DNA of 14,258 nucleotides from positions 1 to 14,258 of the forward strand of contig CBFIGT010000058.1 of assembly GCA_965662175.1 (NCBI GenBank), in the 5' to 3' direction. The notes below the pieces were generated by a model, which worked only from the letters and a program-made list of their open reading frames with translations, ran no database searches and was not told the DNA's origin. Source of the DNA: Arcobacter sp. GTDB taxonomy: Bacteria > Campylobacterota > Campylobacteria > Campylobacterales > Arcobacteraceae. A program made the translations under genes and the position numbers. This document shows, piece by piece, positions 1 to 7,235 of the stretch; the stretch's first letter is position 1, and each line of letters opens with the position of its first letter.

Positions 1-894
1 ATTTAAATCATTTTGTAGTTCATCCCACTCTTTATAAGATATTCCACTAACAAAAATATTATTATCAAATTCTGGAAAAGATGCAGCTGCTAAAACCTCT
101 CCATTTTTTACATTCATAACTATTACAACACCTGCTTTATGATTAAAAACTTCATGAATATATTTTTGCAGTTCTATATCAATTGTAGTTGTTAAGTTAT
201 TGTCTTTAGAGGGCTCTTTTTCATTTAAAAGTTCAATCTGTTTGTTTAAGGCATTTACTTTAATCTCTTTAAATCCAAGCTCCCCTTGAAGCATAGTGTT
301 ATAATATCTTTCTAAACCATTTTTCCCAATAATTCCACTATATTTTGAGATAGGGTTTCTATTTATATCACTTCTTGAAGCTTTACCAACATATCCAACT
401 AAATGTGAAGCTACTTTATTAAAAGGGTAGTTTCTTTTTACAGCTGACTCTACTTTTAAATTTTCTAATGAATTAAATATAGTATATTTACTAAAAAAAT
501 CATCATAAGGAATATAATCAATAATTTTTACATAATCATGTTTATAAGGTGAATCTAGTTTTTTATATTTTTTAATTAATTTCTCTTTTTCAAACTCAGG
601 AAAATGAGTTACAACAGTATCAACTAACTCTTCTAAAATATGAAGATTTTTATATGACCTTAAATGGGGTTTTATACTTAATGAAAATCCTAAATCATTA
701 ATAGCAAGAGCTACTCCATTTCTATCTTTTATAAGACCTCTTGATGGGGTTTCATACACTTTTTTTATGTAGTTTTGTTTTGATAACTCTTCATAATATG
801 TATTTGATTTTATACTCAAATAATAGAGTCTTGAGAGTAATAGCAAACATACAATACCAATAAAAATTAAAATTAAATTAATACGTTTTTTCAT
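1..894 (-). CDS. mrdA: Penicillin-binding protein 2 (class B PBP), 5' part; runs off the window start
   Basis: Not in the ORF track. Manual translation from ATG at 894 gives MKKRINLILIFIGIVCLLLLSRLYYLSIKSNTYYEELSKQNY...PSRGLIKDRNGVALA...RNYPF...SHLVGYVGK...IGKNGLERYYNTMLQGELG...LTTTIDIELQ...VIVMNVKNGEVLAAASFPEFDNN. It has an N-terminal TM anchor and class B PBP pedestal motifs (RGxIxDRNG, RxYP, GxxGLE, TIDxxLQ, GEVLA). The frame is open to base 1. Confidence 0.93.
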   Translation of the reverse strand, partial: MKKRINLILIFIGIVCLLLLSRLYYLSIKSNTYYEELSKQNYIKKVYETPSRGLIKDRNGVALAINDLGFSLSIKPHLRSYKNLHILEELVDTVVTHFPEFEKEKLIKKYKKLDSPYKHDYVKIIDYIPYDDFFSKYTIFNSLENLKVESAVKRNYPFNKVASHLVGYVGKASRSDINRNPISKYSGIIGKNGLERYYNTMLQGELGFKEIKVNALNKQIELLNEKEPSKDNNLTTTIDIELQKYIHEVFNHKAGVVIVMNVKNGEVLAAASFPEFDNNIFVSGISYKEWDELQNDLN

Positions 895-1331
895 AGAAAT
901 AGTCCAAATATGATGAAATCGATAAGAATGTTTATAAAAATATTTTTAAGTAAATAAAATGAAAAGCCATTTGTGAAGCTCCATAAAATTAACATTCCTA
1001 AATAAAAAGTTATTATATAGATATAACTGTTTAGATTGTGTAAAGAGATAACTCTTGTAAGGTATGGAATTACAAAAATATATATAAAAAAAGAGAGTAA
1101 AGTGAGTGAAAATGGTATAAACCCATTATTGTACTCAATAAATAAAAATCCAATAATTAGTGTAACTGCTGAATAGTAATAAGAGTTTTTTACACATTTT
1201 TTTAAAGCTAAAAATATTATTCCAGCTAACATTATAGGAAAAAAATGCACTGAACTTACAATATTTAAGAATATTGTAAAAATTGTTAACATAAATATGA
1301 AAATTGGATTATGAAGTAGTATGTTTCTCAT
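891..1331 (-). CDS. Small polytopic membrane protein, candidate divergent MreD
   Basis: 146 aa, almost entirely hydrophobic with about 5 TM segments. Its TGA overlaps the mrdA ATG (ATGA, 891-894). The segment IIGFLFIEYNNGFIPFSLTLL resembles the MreD D/E-x3-G region. Confidence 0.75.
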   Translation of the reverse strand: MRNILLHNPIFIFMLTIFTIFLNIVSSVHFFPIMLAGIIFLALKKCVKNSYYYSAVTLIIGFLFIEYNNGFIPFSLTLLSFFIYIFVIPYLTRVISLHNLNSYIYIITFYLGMLILWSFTNGFSFYLLKNIFINILIDFIIFGLFL

Positions 1332-1362
1332 TTATAATATATAGTTCTTAAAATTAAATTTA

Positions 1363-1379
1363 GGGGCGATTATATTATA
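1363..1379 (-). promoter_or_regulatory. Possible sigma70 -10 box(es) for the membrane protein-mrdA operon
   Basis: Minus strand has TATAAT at 1374-1369 (and an overlapping copy at 1379-1374) followed by CGCCCC. No recognisable -35; AT-rich background lowers specificity. Confidence 0.35.
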
Positions 1380-1408
1380 AAAACTCTTAATCCTATCTCT
1401 TTGATAAT

Positions 1409-1675
1409 TTATTTTTTTGAAAGGCTATAAATAAAAGCAAAAATTTCAGCTATGGCTTTGTACATATCAGGTGGTATTTCTTGGTCTATTTCTAGTTTTG
1501 TAAGAAGTTCAACTAAATCTTCATCTTTTTTTATTGGGATATTGTTTTCTTGGGCAATTTGTATAATGTTTTTTGCAATTTCACCTTTTCCCTTTGCTAT
1601 AAGTGTAGGGGCTTGTCTTGTTTGTTCATCATATTTTAAAGCGGCAGCTTTTAAGATTTTTTTATTTTCTTCCAT
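1409..1675 (-). CDS. Stand-alone FlhB C-terminal (FlhB-CC) domain protein, EscU/YscU/HrcU-family switch protein (HP1575/YlqH-like)
   Basis: AAALKYD...APTLIAKGKGEIAKNIIQIAQENNIPI...LVELL..LEIDQEIPPDMYKAIAEIFAFIY matches the post-cleavage cytoplasmic fragment of FlhB. No TM domain and no NPTH motif. SD-like AAGGT at 1685-1681. Confidence 0.9.
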   Translation of the reverse strand: MEENKKILKAAALKYDEQTRQAPTLIAKGKGEIAKNIIQIAQENNIPIKKDEDLVELLTKLEIDQEIPPDMYKAIAEIFAFIYSLSKK

Positions 1676-1676
1676 T

Positions 1677-2636
1677 TTAAACCTTAATATTTAAGCCAAA
1701 ATCAAAATTATTATTTTGTTTATAAATATTCTCTTTACTACTTATCTCTTCACTTTTTTTTGAATATATAGAGATAGAGTCAACTTTTATATCTGAAGAG
1801 AAAAGGGCTTGTTTTAGATTTGAGAGTTTTTCTCTTATAAGTTGTTTTGTTTCATCTTTTTCAATAAAAATAGAGATATCAAGATTTTCTTGATTAAACA
1901 TAAATAGATGAACATCTAATTCACCTAACTCTTTTAAGCTTAAGTTAATAACACAATAAAACTTCTCTTCGCCACTTTTTTTAATATCAATAGAACCATC
2001 TTCCAATAAATCCCATAAAAAAGGAATATAAATATTGTTTGAACTATTTGCTAAAGAGTAGAGTTGATGGTAATCAATTTGATTTAAAAGTTTATCTGTT
2101 TGTTTTAAAAGCTCATTTGAATTTCCATCTTTTAGAGTCTCTAATTGTGCTTTAGTTTGTAAAAGCAATGTTTTTATATCATTAAAAATCGTTGATTCAT
2201 TTCTTAGTGTTGGATTGTTTAGTTGTTGGGCTAGTTTTGATTCTAAAAAAATACCACTTTTAACAAACTGCTCTTTTATATCTGCATTTTTTGATTTATC
2301 TATATTTATTAAAAAGTTTTCTAAAAAAGTTTTTAAGTTTTTTGTTGTTTCACCATTTGGCAAAGATTTTAAAAGCTCTTGTAAGTTCGAGCTAAAAGAA
2401 CCCAAATTTTTTGATATATTTGTATTTTTTAGAAGATTTAAAACTGTTTAATTTGATTGTTTTGAATTGCCTATACTATTAAATAGAGATTTTAAAACAG
2501 TAGATAAGTTTAAATCTTTATTTTGGGATAAAAGTGTTTTTACATCTGCTTCTTTTAAAACTTCTTTTGCAGTTGTATTATCTTTTGCTGTTAATATGTT
2601 TAGTTTATTTAATTGGTTTTCATTTGAAACTATCAT
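1677..2636 (-). pseudogene. Flagellar hook-length control FliK-like protein (Flg_hook C-terminal domain), interrupted by one in-frame TAA at 2450-2448
   Basis: ORFs 2448..2636 and 1677..2405 share a frame (960 nt, 320 codons in total). Reading across gives ...GNSKQSN*TVLNLLKNTNISKNLGSFSSN... with no other stop. The C-terminus INLSLKELGELDVHL...LDISIFIEKDETKQLIREKLSNLKQAL...IKVDSISI is FliK-like. It sits next to the FlhB-CC gene. Confidence 0.72.
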
Positions 2637-2642
2637 TCTTAA

Positions 2643-2651
2643 AGTATATCA
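2643..2651 (-). promoter_or_regulatory. Extended -10 promoter (TGA-TATACT) for the FliK-like gene, probably leaderless
   Basis: Minus strand TGATATACT lies 6 nt upstream of the ATG at 2636, with no SD sequence between them. Confidence 0.6.
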
Positions 2652-2675
2652 TAAAATTAAAATATAACTCTTTTT

Positions 2676-2684
2676 TGGTATAAT
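2676..2684 (+). promoter_or_regulatory. Extended -10 promoter (TGG-TATAAT) for arsC-hypothetical-recD2
   Basis: Perfect TGnTATAAT; SD AAGGA at 2704-2708; ATG at 2714. Confidence 0.7.
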
Positions 2685-2713
2685 CACTTTTAAAAATTTA
2701 ACAAAGGAATTTG

Positions 2714-3061
2714 ATGCAAGATATTACAATTTGGCATAATCCTAGATGTTCAAAATCAAGAGCAGCCTTAGACCTATTAAAAGAGAAAAACTTAGATATA
2801 AATATTATAAAATATTTGGATACAACTCCAACAAAAGAGGAACTTAAAGAAGTTTTAAAAATGTTAGGAATGAGTGCTAGAGATTTAATGAGAACAAAAG
2901 AGGATATTTATAAAGAGTTAAATTTAAAAGATGAAAATGATGAAGAAAAGCTTATAAGTGCAATGATTGAAAATCCAAAACTAATAGAACGACCTGTTAT
3001 TATTAAAGATAAAAAAGCTGTAGTTGCAAGACCTATTGAAAATATAAACGAACTTTTTTAA
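2714..3061 (+). CDS. arsC: Arsenate reductase, glutaredoxin-type (ArsC/YfgD family)
   Basis: HNPRCSKSR active-site motif, LMRTKE, NPKLIERP and C-terminal ARP. Start placed at ATG 2714 because SD AAGGA is 5 nt upstream. Confidence 0.88.
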   Translation: MQDITIWHNPRCSKSRAALDLLKEKNLDINIIKYLDTTPTKEELKEVLKMLGMSARDLMRTKEDIYKELNLKDENDEEKLISAMIENPKLIERPVIIKDKKAVVARPIENINELF

Positions 3062-3417
3062 TGATACACGAAAAACAACTAAGAATAAGATATATAAGGG
3101 TTTTAGAGAAGTTTTTTACAAGAACAGTCTCTTTACTAAAACTTGAAGATTTTGATTTTATAATTTTTAAACAAAGAACATTAAAAAATTTTGAAGATAC
3201 AAAAAGAGTTAAAAAAGTTGATTTAACATCACAATATTTAACAAGTTTAAAGAAGTTTATTGATTTAACACTACAATATCTTGAATACCACTCAGAAACC
3301 TTTGAAGAGGAGAGAAATACTCTTTTAAAAGAGGCCAATTTACTTCAAAAAGAGAAAAACCAAAGTGCTTATAAAAAAGATAAACACAAACATAAAAAGT
3401 TTGATGATGGATATTAA
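3061..3417 (+). CDS. Hypothetical protein (basic, probably helical, C-terminal YKKDKHK)
   Basis: 118 aa ORF with TAATG 1-nt overlaps to both arsC (3059-3063) and recD2 (3415-3419), which supports a real translationally coupled gene. Confidence 0.8.
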   Translation: MIHEKQLRIRYIRVLEKFFTRTVSLLKLEDFDFIIFKQRTLKNFEDTKRVKKVDLTSQYLTSLKKFIDLTLQYLEYHSETFEEERNTLLKEANLLQKEKNQSAYKKDKHKHKKFDDGY

Positions 3418-5699
3418 TGGAAGATGAAAACAAAAGTTTTAAACTCTCAGGAACTCTAAAAAAAGTACTTTTTTCAAATAGTGATACAGGTTTTTGTATA
3501 GCTGTACTTGATAACGACCAAAAAATATGTGGTTCATACTTTGATACTGATATTGAAAAAATAGTTGGTGAAAATATAGTATTAACAGGAAACTGGGTAA
3601 CCCATAAAAAGTATGGAATACAGTTTGCTTTTGATACTTTGGAGTTAAAAGAGCAAGAGTTATACTTTTTTTTAACCAAAATAGTAAAAGGAATAGGGCG
3701 AAAAGTTGCCCTTGAATTACTTGAAAAATATAATGAAGAAGAGTTAGTTGATGTTTTAAATAATAAACCAGAAGAGTTACTAAACTTCAAAGGTATTAGA
3801 GAAAAAAAACTAACAACCATAAAAGCCTCTTGGCAAAAGTTTAAACACCTAAGAGAGTTAGGCTCTTTTCTTTCAAAGTTTGGTGTAACATCAAACCTTA
3901 TTACAAAGATTTATTCAGAGTTTGGTGAAGTTGATAATTTAATTGAAGTTATTAAAAAAAATCCATATGTTTTAATTCGTATAAAAGGTATAGGATTTAA
4001 AAGAGCTGATGAGATTGCAAAGGCTTTGGGAATTGATGAAAAATCTGATTTTAGGATTATGGCTTGTTTAAACTATACCTTAAAAGAGTATTGCGATAAT
4101 AATGGAAACTCCTCAATAGACAAATTTCATCTATATAGACTTTTAGATGAAGCCCTAAGATTTCAAAATGAAGATATGATTTATGAAAATGCAATTACAA
4201 AAATGGAGCTTGAGGGGGATATTCATAAAACAAAAGAGAATAGATACTCACCCTCTATGCTTTTTCATGCAGAAAGAAATATCTTAGAGTTTTTTAGAAC
4301 AAGAGAAAATGACCAATATCTTAAAAAAATAGTTTCAAATATTGATGAGTATTTGGATAAAAAAGAGAAAACCTTAGGATTTACCTTAAGTGTTGAGCAA
4401 AAAAAAGCAGTTGAGCTTATAAATGAGGGGCATAAAACACTATTTTTAATAGGTTATGCAGGTACAGGAAAATCTACATCAAGTAGAGCAATACTTGAAC
4501 TTCTTGAAGAGATAAACTCTTATGATGATATTATAACTATTGCTTTAAGTGGAATAGCCTCTCAAAGAATAGCTGATACAACAGGATATAAAAGTTCAAC
4601 AATACAATCACTTTTTGTAAAACACAAAGAGAATGATTATTTTCCTTATAAAGTAATACTTTTAGATGAAGCATCTATGGTAAATTCGGTGATGTTTTAT
4701 CAAATAATATCAAAAATAGGGCAAGATACTATTTTTATAGTTGTTGGTGATGATGGGCAGTTACCTGCAATTGGAGCTGGAAATGTTTTAAGTGATGCAA
4801 TAAACTATGAACTAGCACCAATTTGTAAACTTACAAAAATATATAGACAAAATGAGAATCAAGCAATAGCTTTAATTGCAAATGAGATAAGACAGGGTAA
4901 TTTACCTGATTATAATGGTGATTATGATGATTTTAAATTTATGGATGTCTCCATTTCAAACTATTATGCTTCAAAAAACTCCTTGGCTCAAAATGAATTT
5001 TCAAATTTACGAGGTCAAAATTCTGAGCAAATATTAAGTATGATATTAAATATATCAAGTGCTTATATAAAAGATTTTTATTTATTAATAAAAGATAAAG
5101 AGATATCAAAAGCTTTGACTTTGTTTCAAATAATAACACCTATGAAAGGTGGAATACTTGGAGTTGAGAACTTAAATAACCAACTTCAAAAGATATTTAA
5201 CAGCTCCAGAGAAGAGAGTAAAAAAACAAAACTTTATGAGTATAAATTAAGTGATAAAGTAATTCATATAAAAAATGAAAATATGAAATCCCAAACCATG
5301 CAAATGTATAGAACAGGTTCAAGTGAATACCTAGAAAAGCGTGTATTCAATGGACAATTAGGACTAATAATAAAGCTTGACTTTGAAGACAATAAGTGTA
5401 TTGTCTTATATCCAAATGATGATATGGTTGTTTTTTATGATTTTGATGATTTGGACTCTTTATTATCACTTGCATACTGTTTAACCATCCATAAAACGCA
5501 AGGAATGGAGTATGATAATGCACTTATTCCTATGAGTTTTTCCCACTATATTATGCATAATACTAAGCTTTTATATACAGCAATTACAAGGGCAAAATCC
5601 ATGTGTTATATTGTAGGTGAAGAGGATGCTTTTAAGGGTGCTTGTAAAAGAATTGAGACTACAAAAAGAGAATCTGTAATAAATGATTTGTTAAGTTAA
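3417..5699 (+). CDS. recD2: RecD2-type SF1B ATP-dependent DNA helicase
   Basis: N-terminal RecD2 region (HKKYGIQF, KGIGRKVA and KGIGFKRADEIA HhH-like repeats), Walker A GYAGTGKST, DEASM, GDDGQLPAIGAG, IYRQ, VFNGQLG, AYCLTIHKTQGMEY, LLYTAITRAK. Confidence 0.92.
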   Translation: MEDENKSFKLSGTLKKVLFSNSDTGFCIAVLDNDQKICGSYFDTDIEKIVGENIVLTGNWVTHKKYGIQFAFDTLELKEQELYFFLTKIVKGIGRKVALELLEKYNEEELVDVLNNKPEELLNFKGIREKKLTTIKASWQKFKHLRELGSFLSKFGVTSNLITKIYSEFGEVDNLIEVIKKNPYVLIRIKGIGFKRADEIAKALGIDEKSDFRIMACLNYTLKEYCDNNGNSSIDKFHLYRLLDEALRFQNEDMIYENAITKMELEGDIHKTKENRYSPSMLFHAERNILEFFRTRENDQYLKKIVSNIDEYLDKKEKTLGFTLSVEQKKAVELINEGHKTLFLIGYAGTGKSTSSRAILELLEEINSYDDIITIALSGIASQRIADTTGYKSSTIQSLFVKHKENDYFPYKVILLDEASMVNSVMFYQIISKIGQDTIFIVVGDDGQLPAIGAGNVLSDAINYELAPICKLTKIYRQNENQAIALIANEIRQGNLPDYNGDYDDFKFMDVSISNYYASKNSLAQNEFSNLRGQNSEQILSMILNISSAYIKDFYLLIKDKEISKALTLFQIITPMKGGILGVENLNNQLQKIFNSSREESKKTKLYEYKLSDKVIHIKNENMKSQTMQMYRTGSSEYLEKRVFNGQLGLIIKLDFEDNKCIVLYPNDDMVVFYDFDDLDSLLSLAYCLTIHKTQGMEYDNALIPMSFSHYIMHNTKLLYTAITRAKSMCYIVGEEDAFKGACKRIETTKRESVINDLLS

Positions 5700-5714
5700 T
5701 TATTTTTAACATTT

Positions 5715-5731
5715 TCAAAAGCTACTTTTGA
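5715..5731. repeat. Perfect 7-3-7 inverted repeat TCAAAAG-CTA-CTTTTGA in the recD2/ppiD intergenic region
   Basis: Read directly from the sequence. No U-tract on the + strand, so more like an operator than an intrinsic terminator. Confidence 0.45.
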
Positions 5732-5768
5732 GTAATATATCTAAAATTTAATTGAGGGTTTTGTTATA

Positions 5769-7232
5769 ATGATAACTTGGATGCAAAAACATAAAAAATG
5801 GTTAGTGATTACAATTTGGATAAGTACGATAGCATTCGTTGGTGCTGGATTTGTTGGTTGGGGCTCTTATGAGTATGGTAAATCTTCGGGAGCTGTGGCT
5901 GTTGTAGGAGATAGAAAAGTAAGTGTTGAAGAGTATCAAAGAGAGTATTCAGGAATTTATCAACAATATGCACAAGCTTTTGGAAATCAATTTAATCAAG
6001 AGATGGCTAAAAAGATGAAGTTGCATGAAGCAGCTATTAATTTAGTTATTCAAAAAAATCTTATTTTATCTTATGCTGATGATTTAGGTTTAAATGTTAC
6101 TGATGAAGATATTGCTAAAGAATTAGTACAAATGGATGCTTTTATAAAAGATGGAAAATTTGATAAAGAGTTATATATAAAAGTTTTAAGACAAAATAGA
6201 ACAACAGCTGTAGAGTTTGAAGAGTCTTTAAAAAGAGATTTATTATTACAAAAAGTTGAGTCACTATTTGATTTAGAGCCTGTAAATAATGAGGTTTCTA
6301 ATTTAACTGAGGTTTTATTCTCGCAAGATGATATTTCAATTAAGATTTTAAATCCAAATGATATTAAAATTGATTTAAGTGATGATAAATTAAAAGCTTA
6401 TTGGGAAGTAAACAAGGTAAAATATTTATCTGATAAATCTTATGAATTAAGTACAACAAATATTGCTTTTGAAAAAATTACGCCTACAACTGAAGAGTTA
6501 CAGGACCACTATAAGAAGTTTAAAACTGATTATAAAAAAGAGGATGGAAAAATAAAATCTTTTGATGAAGCAAAAGATGATATGATTAGATTCTTAAGTG
6601 CTAAAGCTACTAAAAAAACAGCTTTAAAAGAGTATTTAAAACTTAAAAAAGATGAAAGCAAATTTGAAAAAGATATAACTATTTTTGAAAATGAGTTAAA
6701 ATTTTCACAAGAAGAGATAAATGAGATAAAAACAGCTAATATAGGAGATGTTTTAAAACCATTTGAGGGTGAAAATAGTTTTACAATTGTAAAAGTATTA
6801 AACAAAATTGACCCAAAACCATTAGCTTTTGAAGATGCAAAACAGATGGTAAAAGCTGATTATGAGAGTGAAGAAAAAGAAAAAGAGATAGAAAATCTTG
6901 CTAATAATGAGTTGAAAAACTTCAAAGGTCTTGAGATTGGTTTTGTAGGAAGAGAGTCTGTAAATAGTATTACAGGTTTAACACCAAATGAAGCTTATGA
7001 GTTTTTAAATCAACTTTTTATGAGTAGTGAAAAATTAGGAAAAATTAGTGTTGCAGATAAAATTGTATTATATAAAATTAATGCAAGTAGACTTGGAACA
7101 AATAATGATGAGAAACTAAAAGTTATTAAAGATACATTACTTAAGCTTCAAAAAGCTGAATTAATGAACAGTTTAGTTAAAAATCTTGAAAATAAATATG
7201 AAGTATCTTCATCTCTTGATGTAAAGGAGTAA
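5769..7232 (+). CDS. ppiD: PpiD-like inner-membrane-anchored periplasmic chaperone (SurA N-terminal domain; Cj0694/HP0977-like)
   Basis: N-terminus MITWMQKHKKWLVITIWISTIAFVGAGFVGWG (signal anchor), AVAVVG...V, LGLNVTDEDIAKEL...F..DGKFDKELY, two xFxxAK repeats. Position upstream of ftsA-ftsZ matches Campylobacterota gene order. Confidence 0.82.
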   Translation: MITWMQKHKKWLVITIWISTIAFVGAGFVGWGSYEYGKSSGAVAVVGDRKVSVEEYQREYSGIYQQYAQAFGNQFNQEMAKKMKLHEAAINLVIQKNLILSYADDLGLNVTDEDIAKELVQMDAFIKDGKFDKELYIKVLRQNRTTAVEFEESLKRDLLLQKVESLFDLEPVNNEVSNLTEVLFSQDDISIKILNPNDIKIDLSDDKLKAYWEVNKVKYLSDKSYELSTTNIAFEKITPTTEELQDHYKKFKTDYKKEDGKIKSFDEAKDDMIRFLSAKATKKTALKEYLKLKKDESKFEKDITIFENELKFSQEEINEIKTANIGDVLKPFEGENSFTIVKVLNKIDPKPLAFEDAKQMVKADYESEEKEKEIENLANNELKNFKGLEIGFVGRESVNSITGLTPNEAYEFLNQLFMSSEKLGKISVADKIVLYKINASRLGTNNDEKLKVIKDTLLKLQKAELMNSLVKNLENKYEVSSSLDVKE

Positions 7233-7235
7233 ACC

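Noticed and set aside
2448..2450. Programmed recoding or alternative genetic code at the FliK-like internal stop
   Set aside because: The codon is TAA, which terminates most other genes in the window; no obvious downstream recoding hairpin.
1452..2667. Plus-strand ORFs 1452..1694, 2215..2451 and 2467..2667
   Set aside because: Antisense shadows of the FlhB-CC and FliK-like genes; Phe/Ser-rich composition typical of reverse-complemented Lys/Glu codons; no motifs.
3033..6805. Minus-strand ORFs 3033..3338, 3257..3820, 4939..5139 and 6530..6805
   Set aside because: Lie wholly antisense to well-supported genes; no recognisable domains.
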